Origin: Squalus acanthias
Taxonomy: Eukaryota
Assembly (NCBI GenBank): GCA_030390025.1
Contig: CM059435.1
Location: 88,412,001 to 88,476,000 of the forward strand
Direction of reading: 5' to 3'
DNA length: 64,000 nucleotides
Part shown: positions 38,175-49,046 of the stretch, one piece after another
How the letters are laid out: each line of letters opens with the position of its first letter
Position numbering within the stretch: the stretch's first letter is position 1
Position numbers and translations under genes: made by a program
The notes under the pieces: generated by a model
What the model saw: the letters and a program-made list of their open reading frames with translations, nothing else
Databases searched by the model: none
What the model was told of the DNA's origin: nothing

Positions 38175-39116
38175 ATGATGGGATAGAAAGCCACATATCC
38201 AAGTTTTCCGATGACACAAAGATATGCGGCATTGTAAGCAGTGTAGATGGAAGCATGAAATTACAAAGATATTAATAGGTTACATGAATGGGCAAAACTG
38301 TGACAAATGGATTTCAATGTAGGTAAGTGTGAGGTCATCCACTTTGAACCTAAAAAAGATAGGAGAGAGTACTTTCTAAATGTTGAAAAGCTAGCAACAG
38401 TGGAGGCTTTGGTGGGGGGGGGGGGGGGGTGTCCATGTACATAGATCATTAAAATGTCATGGACAGGTACAGAAAATAACCAGAAAGGCTAATGGAATGC
38501 TGGCCTTTATATCTAGAGGAATAGAATACAAAGGGGTAGAAGTTATGCTATAGCTATACGAAGCCCTGCTAGATCACACTTAGAGTACTGTGTTCAGTTC
38601 TGGGTAGCACACTTCAGAAAGGATATATTGGCCCTGGAGGGAGTGCAGCATAGATTTACCAGAATGATACCTGGACTCAAAGGGTTAAATTACGAGGCGA
38701 GATTACACAAACTAGGGTTGTATTCCCCGGAATTTAGAAGGTTAAGGGGTGATTTAATCGAAGTTTTCAAGATATTAAGGGGAACAGATAGGGTAGATAA
38801 AGAGAAACTACTCCACTGGTTGGGGATTCTAGGACTAGGGGCCATAGTCTAAAAATTAGAGCCAGACCTTTCAGGAGTGAAATTAGGAAACACTTCTACA
38901 CAAAGTGTGGTAGAAGTTTGGAACTATTTTCCGCAAACAGCTGTTGATGCTGGGTCAATTTAATTTTAAATCTGAGATTGATAGATTTTTGTTAACCAAA
39001 GGCATTAAGGGATATGGGCAAAGGCGGGTATATGGAGTTAGGTCACAGATCAGCCATGATCTCATTGAATGGCGGAACCAGCTCGAACGGCTAAATGGCC
39101 TACTCCTGTTCCTATG
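38175..39116 (+). mobile_element. CR1 LINE 3' fragment
   Basis: ALEGVQHRFTRMIPGLKGLNYEARLHKLGLYS..RGDLIEVFKI; frameshifted. Confidence 0.92.
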
Positions 39117-39282
39117 CCTCATTATAGTAATGCAAAATTACCTCTTTTTAAAAAAAAACAAATGGAAAATGTTATTCCATGTAAACAAACTTAGTTGAGA
39201 CTCAAATGAAAACTGAAATGTTGCTTTTAGCTGGCACTGAGACACCTAACTTTGAAAGCTTCCCATTTGACATTTTAAAAAT

Positions 39283-39895
39283 ATGAATTCACGGATGTGA
39301 GTGTTGCTGGCAAGACCAGCATTTATTGCCCATCCCTAGTTGCCCTTGAGACGGTGGTGGTGAGCCGCCTTCTTGAACTGCTGCAGTCCATGTGGTGAAG
39401 GTACTCCCATAGTGCTCTTAGGAAGTTCCAAGATTTTGACCCAGCGACGATGAAGGACCAGTGATGTATGTCGAAGACCGGATGGTATGTGACGGAGGGA
39501 AACTTGGAGGTGATGGTGTTCCCATGCGCCCACTGCCCTTGTCCTTCTAGGTGGTGGAGGTTATGGATTTGAGAGGTGCTGTTGAAGAAGTCTTGGCGAG
39601 TTGCTGCAGTGCATCCTGTAGATATTTCCCATTGTAGCCACGGTGTGCCGGTGGTGGAGGGAGTGGATGTTTACGGTGGTGGTTCGGCTGCCGATCGAGT
39701 GGAAGATGTCGAGCTTGGAAGGTGTCGAGCTTCTTGAGTAGTGTTGTAGCTGTACCCATCCAGGAAAGTGAAGAGTATTCCAGCGCACTCTTAGCTTGCG
39801 CCTTATAGGTGGCAGAAGCTTTGGGGAGTTGGGAGGGGAGCTACTCGCGCAGAATACCAGGCCTCTGACCCTGCTCTTGTAGCGACGGCATTTAT
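39283..39895 (-). mobile_element. CR1-Zenon-like LINE 3' fragment
   Basis: NIHSLHHRHTVAT..YRMHCSNSPRLLQQHL..PSPHGLQQFKKAAHHH; homologous to 13316-13850. Confidence 0.8.
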
Positions 39896-40620
39896 AATTG
39901 GTGATCCTTTTCTGGTGACCTCAAGAGGATTTGCTCTTTTTTTTAAACTTTCTGTCTCTGCAGTTTTCTCCCATTACACCTCCTCTCCTAAAGGTCAGTC
40001 ATGCTGGGATAAAATTCTACAAGCACCTGAAGTTCTCCATGACTTTATTCTAGTGACCTTTCTCCACACAGACCTGTACAGGAATAAGATTTGACATCAA
40101 GCCTGATTCTGGTTCTCACCCAATGTTCTTGGAGAATAGTGTGAAGCAGTGGAAGAACTCTCAGGCTGATTAACAGTCTGACAGGCATGAATGCTCCTTT
40201 ATACCAGTCGATAGGGTGGTTAGTGCTTTACGTTGCAAGGGTTTTATGGGCTTCCACAACCCATGCGCCCTCCAGGCCCAAGTAGTCTGCTGAATGTTAC
40301 TCAGAATTCAGCTGGAGCTCTAGTCTTCCTGGAGCGAAGTTCAAACCCTGCACCTTCTGACTCAGAGGCAGGAATCCTACCACTAAGCCAAAGGTTCGCT
40401 CCTCCTAAAAGAGGTGCTAGTTTGTGATTAGAAGTGGGAACCTTGGCTGATATTTTTGAGATGGAACCTGTAATTTTGTGTACTGTAAGCCAATAATATC
40501 GTGAGCAGTGTTTTACTAGGATTTCATTAACTAGTAACAGTAGGCATTCCAATTTTCATGATGTGTCCATTTGAACTGTAAACATCACTCAGCTGTACAA
40601 TTGTAAAATTGTGTCCTTTC

Positions 40621-41680
40621 AAAATAAAAACAGGAAGTGCTGGAAATACACAACAAATCCATCAGCATCTGTAAAGGGAGAAGATGGGGATAACATTTCG
40701 GATTCTGCCTTTGACGGAACTAGAATCGGGATAAATGAAGTCTTCTAGAGGACTGAGCAAAAAGGGTGACCACTTCGGCAAACATTCCCATTCTGTTTTT
40801 GACTTCAATCCTAACCGCTCTGTGGCTCACCACTTCAACCCTCACCCCGCTCCAACTCCTCTTTTTTTCTTTGGCCTACTGCAGTGTTTCAACCATGCTG
40901 AATGCAGAGTTCAGCAACAATATTTCATCTTTCTCCTTGCCGCTTAGCAACCGCCTGGTCTGAAAATTGATTTCAGAAACTTCAGACACATGGTAGAAAT
41001 TTGTCGTGGATGGTAACGCAATGACTTCAATGGAACTGGTTATCAGGCGGGACGTATAACTGGCGGCCAAAACGATACAGCCCGCTTTACACTACCGACC
41101 AAGGTGAATTTCTACCCCATGTGGCTCCTGTTTTCTCCCATCCGTTTTCCACTAGTGTCTCTTCCATTTTGGAGCTTTCCCCATAACATTTATCGTGGCT
41201 TAATTGGCTATTTTGAAAAAGCTGTAGATGCTCAAAATATGAAATAGAAAATTCTGGAAGCATCTGTGGAGAAAATAGAGGAGTCAACACTGTGGACCCT
41301 TCCTTAAAAACCTATTTTCACACCTTTTGTTTTCGGGCCTTTTCACTGCCAAACTGAGATGATCTTTGTACAGGTATATTTAGCAGTTTTTCACTTCTTT
41401 TCAGTTTTTTCTAAACTGTTGACAGACTATTAAACCCATTAGCTGCTGCTTTGTTGCAGGGATTAGGCATTTCTGACTCACAACTTTTACCTGTTAACCC
41501 TGCCCCTTCATTTTGTCCAGCCTGTAAATAGGTTCATTTATCTGCTAGTTCCAGTTCTGCTGAAGAATCTACACCAGTAGGTGAACCTGTCTTTTCTCTT
41601 TAGACTGTTGACTGACCTGCTATGTATTATCACCATTTTCTGTTTTTATTTCCGATTTCCAGCATTGCAGTTTTCTTTTT
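40621..41680. mobile_element. Decayed Penelope-like element: GIY-YIG endonuclease remnant (+, about 40765-40975) between inverted terminal repeats
   Basis: GDHFGKHSHSV..SVAHHFN..GLLQC..ECRVQQQYFIFLL matches the PLE GIY-YIG C-terminus (DRF.EH..VA.HFN..R..EE..I..L); PLE termini at 40621-40722 (-) and 41550-41680 (+). Confidence 0.72.
40991..41118. mobile_element. Small (~130 bp) MITE nested in the PLE remnant
   Basis: Inverted ends ggtagaaatt / aatttctacc. Confidence 0.6.
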
Positions 41681-42175
41681 ATCTTTTGTGATTTTGGAGA
41701 GCATTTGAACTGCATAACACTGGGGCAAAATACACAGGTTACAGGTCTGTCAATGATGGAAAAATTTGAGGTGGTCAATTAAGAGTAGCACAATACTAAA
41801 TTGCACTGGCATAGCATCAAAGCATGTGTGTGTGTGCGATTCCTGATTTCCATAAATTCTGATTTTAAATGACCCATCCTGTTTCAAATTTTTCTTGCAA
41901 GTTTTCGAATATTGCATTGATTGTTTGGAACTTGCATACATACAATAGATGGCTTTTTACTGAGTTGAAATATAAAGACCCAGTATCGTCCTGCCAACCA
42001 TTTGGGATTGTTCCCTAATTGCTGGAACAAACTCCTAAAATTTAGAGTTTTTTTTTTAAAAAACTGTCCGATCCAATAATATCACTGTGTTCTCCTGCTA
42101 ATTCACTTCAGCCAACACCAAATTTCTGGTTTGAATTTAAAAACCTCTAATAAAACAATACCAGAATAAATATTA

Positions 42176-42359
42176 AAAGCAAAATACTGCACATGCTGGA
42201 AATCTGAAGTAAAAACAGAAAATGCTGGAAATACTCAGCAGGTCAGGCCGCATCTTTGGAGAGAGAAACAGAGTTAATGTTTCAGGTTAATGACCTTTCA
42301 TCAGAACTGAAAGGTCATCCACCTGAAACGTTACCTCTGTTTCTCTCTCCACAGATGCT
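42176..42359. mobile_element. Penelope terminal repeat in inverted (fold-back) arrangement
   Basis: aaagcaaaatactgcacatgctggaaatctga..ctcagcaggtcagg on the minus strand, then its inverted partial copy at 42308-42359. Confidence 0.85.
42272..42308 (-). ncRNA. Minimal hammerhead ribozyme motif (PLE type)
   Basis: AGUU-CUGAUGA-A-AGGU(cauua)ACCU-GAAA-CAUU-AACU; stem III palindrome AACGUU appears CpG-decayed to AACAUU. Confidence 0.7.
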
Positions 42360-42868
42360 TCTTCTTAGGCAGTCCCTCGGAACCGAGGATGACTTGCTTC
42401 CACACTCAAAATTAGTTCTCAGGTGACTGATGAGTCCAATGCGGGACCTACAGTCTCTGTCACAGGCAGGGCAGACGGTGGTTGAAGGGGCGGGTGGATG
42501 GGCTGCTTGGGTTGATGTGTGCTCCTTCCGCTGTTTGCGCTTGGCTTCCGCTTGCTCCCAGCGAAGAGACTCGAGGTGTTCGGCGTCTTCCCGGATACTT
42601 CTCCCCTTTTGCGGTCTTGGGCCAGGGATTCCCGGGTGTCGGTGGGGATGTTGCACTTTTTCAAGGAGGCTTTGAGGGTGTCCTTGAAGCGTTTCCTCTG
42701 CCCACCTGGGGCTCTCTTGCCGTGTCGGAGCTCCGAGTAGAGCGCTTGTTTTGGGAGTCTCGTATCGGGCATGCGGACGATGTGGCCCGTCCATCGGAGC
42801 TGATCGAGCATGGTCAAAGCTTCGATGCTGGGGATGTTGGCCTGAGCGAGAATACTGACGTTGATGCT
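42360..42868 (-). mobile_element. RTE-clade LINE 3' fragment
   Basis: QLRWTGHIVRMPDTRLPKQALYSELRHGKRAPGGQRKRFKDTLK..CPACDRDCRSRIGLISHLRT; (AAG)n tail. Confidence 0.93.
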
Positions 42869-42964
42869 GCCAGCATAAATATTCCCAAATTTACTTTTAA
42901 TGAAATAAACACTGGGAGGAAAAACAAAATAATACTTCTGCTGACTACAAAAGGAAGCCTTTAG

Positions 42965-43312
42965 AAAAAGAAATAACTTGTATTCCTCTAGCGCCTTATG
43001 GCCTCAAGATGTCCCAAAGTATTTTTACAACCAGTGGATTACTTTTGATGTGCAGTATGTTGGTCAACGTGGCAGACAATTTGCACACAGCAAGGTCCAA
43101 CAAACAGCAAATGAATGAATGGCCAGTTCATGTGTTTTTTGGTGATCTTTGATTGGTTGGTTGATAGTTGGCCAGGATATCAGGAGAACTTTCAGCTCTT
43201 TGAGAACTGTCATGGGTTCTTTTATGTCCACCTAAGTAGACAGATGGGGCTCTGCTTCCAACAATGCAGCATTTCCTCTACTGCACTAAAGTGTCAGCCT
43301 AGATTATGTGCT
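42965..43312 (-). mobile_element. SacSINE1-like SINE, degenerate
   Basis: Collinear with 3121-4057 (aatttgcacacagcaagg, ttggccagga, ctgcactaaagtgtcagcctagattatgtgct). Confidence 0.75.
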
Positions 43313-43710
43313 TGGGTCTTTTACTTTTTTTGGATAATTTTTTAATCTTCCTTACAATCCTGAAGGTGTTAAATTGATTACTGGACTACAGTTCCAACCC
43401 CATTGCCTGATGGCTATTCCCGCAATCCCACATGTTGTCTCATCAGCGCCCCTGTGTATCCTCCCCAATTCTTCCTTTGCCTCCCCACCCCACGCCCCTT
43501 CTCTTCAATCTCCTCACCCTCTCAGTCCATACCTTGCCCTCATTGCCTTCCCCTTTTCGCCATTGAAGATCAGAGTGAGATGACTGGACATTCCCTTGTT
43601 CAAAATGGTCAATACCTGGCACGCTTATTACCTGCCACTTGTCAGTCGAAAGCTTGGCTGGTGTCCTAGTCCTGCTGTTAAAAGCCTGCTTTGCTGCCTG
43701 GGTCAGTCAG

Positions 43711-44468
43711 CAACATCAACTTTCATTTATATAGTGCCTTTAACATAGAAAATGTCCCAAGGCATTTCACGGGCGAAAAAAATGGATGTCGAGCCAAATG
43801 AGGTATTAGAAGGGGTAACCAAAAGCTTGGTCAGAGATGTGGGTTTTAAGTGGGGGTGGGGGTGCTCTTTAAGGCTGTTGATGCTGGAAGAGACAGCACT
43901 CTCACCCCTTTGAGACCACACCTGGAGTATTGTGCACAGTTTTGGTCTCCTTATCTGAGAAAGGGCATGCATGCGGTGTAATGAACATTCACCAGATTGA
44001 TCCCTGGGATGAGAGGGTTGTCCTATGAGGAGAGATTGAGTAGAATGGGCCTATACTCTCTGGAGTTTAGAAGAATGAGAGGTGATCTCATTGAAACATA
44101 CAAGGTTCTGAAGGGGATTGACAGGGTAGATGCTGAGAGGTTGTTTCCCTGGCTGGAGAGTCTAAGACTAGGGGGCATAATCTCAGGATAAGGGGTTGGC
44201 CGTTTAAGACTGAGATGAGGAGGAATTTCTTCACTTGGAGGGTTGTGAATCTTTGGAATTCTCTGCCCCAGAGGGCTGTGGATGCTGAATCGTTGAGTAT
44301 ATTCAAGGCTGAGCTAGATAGATTTTTGGACTCTAGGGGAATCGGGGGATCTGAGGATCGGGCGGGAAAGTGGAGTTGAGGTCGAAGATTAGCCATGATC
44401 ATATTGAATGGCGGAGCAGGCTCGAAGGGTCGTAAGGCCTACTCCTGCTTCTAATTCTTATGTTCTTG
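43711..44468. mobile_element. L2 3' end (minus, 43711-43870) followed by a CR1 3' fragment (plus, 43911-44468)
   Basis: L2 tail tttatatagtgcctttaac..accaaaagcttggtca; CR1 IPGMRGLSYEERLSRMGLYSLEFRRMRGDLIETYK. Confidence 0.88.
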
Positions 44469-45642
44469 TGCTCTTATGTCCTTTGCCTGATGTCCTGCAG
44501 CAGTATTTCAACAGCTGCTCTGAGAAGCTGGTTGAATTGGTCTCTGCAGCAATATCTCCCCCAAAGCAGAACTCCAAGGCAAAGCCAAAGTCTGACAGCA
44601 GCCCCAGTAGCTGACTGCATCATCATCTTAAAAAAAAAAAAAAAATCCAGTTGGGTACCCCTTAACTTGTTTTCTCCTCCCACATTTATGATGGCATCTT
44701 CAGCAACCCCATCCACCAAACCCCATTACAGCCAATGTTCAACATAGCCCCTGTGAATGAAACAGGGCCCACAACACCCCCAACATAACTAGTGGCACCA
44801 GTGAGAACAATCCCACAAAGCATGTCCGTTACTTTTGCTTTTATGATTTCCTTGACTTGACATTTTTACCATGATAAGAATTATAGCCGTAGAGCTCGAA
44901 AACCAAATGTGCTTTGGAAAAGCAAATAGGCAAAAAATGCCTGTTTTTCCCTACTTGGTGATGCTGTCAGAGCTCCGGCACATTCCCATGGATGGTAATG
45001 ATAATGGACAACACTGAGGCTTTGAATCACCTTTCATATTAAAGAAATAATTTGGCCATCAGGACTCCCTTTAAAAATGAAATGGTTATTAAAAAAAATT
45101 ATGATTTCATTACTTTCCATATCTTTGTTTTTGTTCTGTTCTTTTAAAAACATTTTGTTTTAAGGAGTTACTGAATTGTATAATTGAGGTACTATATTGT
45201 CGTAACGGCAGACTATTTGCAACTGAAGTATCGTTAGCAGTGATAGTCATAAAATTATAAATGATACAGCATCGACTGCATATGTTAATTCAGTTGTTCT
45301 GTGCGATATGCTTCAGCGGTCCTGCCAAGTAACAATCCCTGATTTTTTTTTTTTAATTCCAAAAGTTGACTGTAAAGGACAGAGCAAAATAAAGGATGTA
45401 TGTTCACATGGTTCTGATGGCAAGTTTTTAGCTTGCAATAATTAAGGTAGAAAACCCCTCATAGCCTATTTGAGAATCAAATCTCAAAATATTAGTCTAC
45501 TATTCATTTTTTTAAAAAAGTGTTTTGAATTATTGGAAATTATAAACTAGTGAAATGCTATATGTTCAGTAGTCCTTCAAAAAAAAAAGCCATCTATACT
45601 GGAAGGATACTATCTTCTATTACAGCAACACTAATTTATATA

Positions 45643-46396
45643 GGCCCGTAATTTGTGTTCCTTACGGGTGCGTACGCGCCCATAAGGACCGCGCAAGTTC
45701 CGGGTTTAGGCATGCGAAGTGCATGCACGAAAACCGGGAACTTGCGAGCTGTCAAGAATTTTCTTGACAGATGCGACGCGTCCCCGGGAAAAGGGCATCC
45801 GCAGGCGGAGAGTTGGGCTGTTTGCCCATCTTCAGCCCAGCGAATGCCCATGAAATTCTTACACTTGGTAAAAGCAGGCGTAAGGCCTGCTTTTACCAGC
45901 GTAAGAGTTTGAAAAAAATTATTTTAAGTTTTTTAATCATTTAAACATTAAAAAACCTGTACAATAAGGTAAGTTTATTTTAGCTCCTTTAAAACATTTA
46001 AATTTATTTTTCAAAAAATAAAATTTTTGTTTTGAATATTTAATATAATGGCATTTTAATTAATTTTAAATATGTGATGGTTTTTGAAATTGATTTGATG
46101 TGTAGGTGCATTTTTGGGTATTCCCATTCATACTTATGGGGCTTCCGTTCATACAGAATCCCCATAAGCATGAATGGGGATTTCCTTCTTCTATTGGTTG
46201 GGCCGGCCCACGTGATCGCAGGGGCGCTTGCGAACCGCCTCCACCCCTGGGGTATGTGGGCCTCTTCCCGCGGGTACCCGGAGAGGCCCAGGACCGCGAG
46301 TCTCCGGACCTCCCGGACCACCAGGTTCCCGGGCATTTAATTTGTTGATTGGAGGCATTTCCCCCGCGGGAAGCCTCCAACCGCAAATTCAGGGCC
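45643..46396 (+). mobile_element. Harbinger-type MITE, copy 3
   Basis: TIR ggcccgtaatttgtg / cgcaaattcagggcc, 3-bp TSD ATA/ATA; collinear with 29530-30264. Confidence 0.85.
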
Positions 46397-47276
46397 ATAA
46401 TGTACCTCGCAAATAAGAACGTCTTAAGAGTGCTAAATAAATTAAGTTGTTGTGGAAAATGAGATACTCAGTGGAGCTGGCAATATTTTACAAACTATTG
46501 AAATTAAGTACAAAGCTGCAGATGTAGACAGTTTATTAAAAATTGTATTATTTGTATGTATGTGGAATAAGTATTATTTGTTAATTGGAAGATACTGCCC
46601 ATCTTCATAAATTATGTCCTTGTAATAGTGTGCATCCTTTGTGTTCTTTAGCTCTGTGAGGCATCATGTTTGACATTTTATTCATTTTTCCTGAGCGTAT
46701 TCCTTTTTAGCCAAGTGTTGAAGTCTTCAAATGATATGTTGAATGTATTTGATTTGCTGTTAATTACTTCATCCCCATCATTTGACTTTAAAAACTTGAA
46801 GTAATCCAAGTAATGACGTACTAGATTCTGAATCATCCTGATCACAGATTACAATGTGGTCAATTTAAGTTTCATAAAACATAAATAAAAATGGTTGGAA
46901 AATTATTGCTGTTTTGAATGGTACTAGTTTGACTCTCTCCCAGAAATTCAGTCACTACTTATGGACGGTAACGTATCTTTTTAAATCAGCTTCAGTTTAA
47001 TTGCAACAGTTGGATTCAATGGGTTAACAAAAGACAAATTATTTATGCCATTAATTTATTCAGAAAAAGTTATTTAATATTGGAGATGAGGAAGAAACGC
47101 TCTAACCGTTCCCAAAATCCTTCCTTTTTATAAAGGAAAGAGTGTCATTTATCTCACCAGTTAACCCTGAGTTGAATTATTCACTTACTTGATGTCTATC
47201 ATTTAATCTTCAGCACATGCGTAAAAGCCTGTTTCAGAATCCTACAGTGCTTTATCCAATTTTTTTTACATTCTAG

Positions 47277-47474
47277 GTACATGTATTGGACGGATTGGGG
47301 AGAAGTGCCAAAGATCGAACGAGCTGGAATGGATGGTACAACGCGATCAATCATAATTGACAATAACATTTACTGGCCAAATGGGCTGACTTTGGATTAT
47401 GAAGAAGAAAAATTATACTGGGCAGATGCTAAACTGAGCTTCATTCACCGATCAAACTTTAATGGAAGTTTCCG
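47277..47474 (+). CDS. LRP6: Internal coding exon of low-density lipoprotein receptor-related protein 6 (LRP5/6 family), first YWTD beta-propeller; equivalent to human exon 3
   Basis: [56 protein letters not shown]; acceptor tttttttacattctAG at 47275-76; donor CG|GTAGGT at 47475; 198 bp, phase 2/2. EVPK and LTLDY favour LRP6 over LRP5. Confidence 0.9.
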
Positions 47475-47560
47475 GTAGGTGTTTTCTAAAAGAGAAAAAC
47501 AATGAGTAGTTAAATTCTGTATTTGGATAACTCCTATGTAATTATCGAAACCTAGCATTT

Positions 47561-48520
47561 AGTCATAGCCATACGGCACAGAAGGAGGCCATTCGGCCCA
47601 TCGAGTCCGTGCCGGCTCACTGCAGAACAATCCAGTCAGTCCCCTTCCTCCGCTCTATCCCCGTAGCCCTGCAAGTTTATTTCTCTCAAGTTCCTATCCA
47701 GTCTCCCCTTGAAAACATTGATTGTCTCCGCTTCCACCACTTCCATCGGCAGCAAGTTCCAGGTCCTCACCACTCACTACGTAAAAAAGTTTTTCCTCAC
47801 ATCCTCCTTGTATCTCTTGCCCAAAACCTTAAATCTGTGTCCCCTAGTCCTTGTACCATCAACTAGTGGGAACAGCCTTTCCCCGTCTAGCCTATCCAAA
47901 CCCATCATAATCTTGTACACCTCTATCAAATCACCCCTCAACCTCCTTTGCTCTAATGAAAACAAATCCAGCTTCTCCAACCTGTCCTTGTAGCTAAGAT
48001 CCCCCATCCCCGCAACCATTCTGGTAAATCTCCACTGCACCCTCTCAAGGGTCTTCACATCCTTCCTAAAGTGTGATGACCAGAACTGGACGCAATACTC
48101 CAGTTGTGGCCTAACCAGCCCTTTATAAAGGTTCAGCAAAGCTTCTCTACTTTTGTACTCAATACCTCTATTTATGAAGCCCAAGATCCCATATGCTTTG
48201 TTAACCACTCTCTCAATATGTCCTGCCACCTTCAGGGACCTATGCACATTAACTCCCAGGTCCCTCTGTCCCTGCACACTCTTTAAAACTGTGCCATTAA
48301 GTGTATATTGCCTCTCCCTGTTCCTTCTGCCAAAATGCATCACCTCACACTTCTCTGTATTAAATTCCATCTGCCACTTGTCTGCCCATTCTGCTAACCT
48401 TTCTATGTCCTGTTGCGGTCGATTGGTATCATCCTCACTGTTTGCCACGCCCCCAAGTTTGGGGTCATCGGCAAATTTAGAAATTCTACTGTGTTCCAAT
48501 ATCCAGGTCATTTATATACA
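47561..48520 (-). mobile_element. CR1 LINE 3' fragment, same subfamily as 20122-21260 and the 3' part of 59925-63803
   Basis: 244-aa ORF ISKFADDPKLGG..WQMEFNTEKCEVMHFG..RKNFFT. Confidence 0.95.
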
Positions 48521-49046
48521 TCAAAAAAAGCATTTGGGAATATTATGCAGTGTTTATTGAAGACTGCAGTTCAGTAGTTGGAACTCTTCACTTCATTTAA
48601 TGATGGAAAACATGTCCTTTACTTCCTTTTAAAATGAGGGTTTCCAGCATACATTTTACATGGTATGCTGACGAGGACTACAAACCTTGTAGTGCAGATG
48701 TATTAAAAGCAAAAACAAAATTCCAGTGGAAAAAATTTAAGAATGGAGAATGATATCTGAATATTCATGAAATACAAGGTTTCCCTAGTATGTGATTTTT
48801 TTTTAATGTGTATTATATATAATTTATATAATTCACTGATGGAATTTAGATAACTTTTTACAAACCTGTAAGTGAAGAAGGTGCCTAATTGTATGAATAC
48901 AGCTGTTAGTTTATTTATTTATATTTTTTTATATATAAGCAAGGGTTTACTTTCCAGTTGCCCACCATGCTGAATTTCAATTTTTTTAAATTTAAGTGGC
49001 AAAATTCCAAATGATAAATGGTTTTAATGAGTACAAAGATATAGTT

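Noticed and set aside
1-47276. Other LRP6 exons (exon 2 upstream; exon 4 also sought downstream of 47474)
   Set aside because: No YWSD/YWTD-type peptide or matching sequence seen elsewhere; they probably lie outside the window, though a short frame missing from the ORF track could have been overlooked.
47281-47478. 65-aa stand-alone ORF
   Set aside because: The ATG is internal and the TAG overlaps the GT donor; it is a spliced exon (47277-47474).
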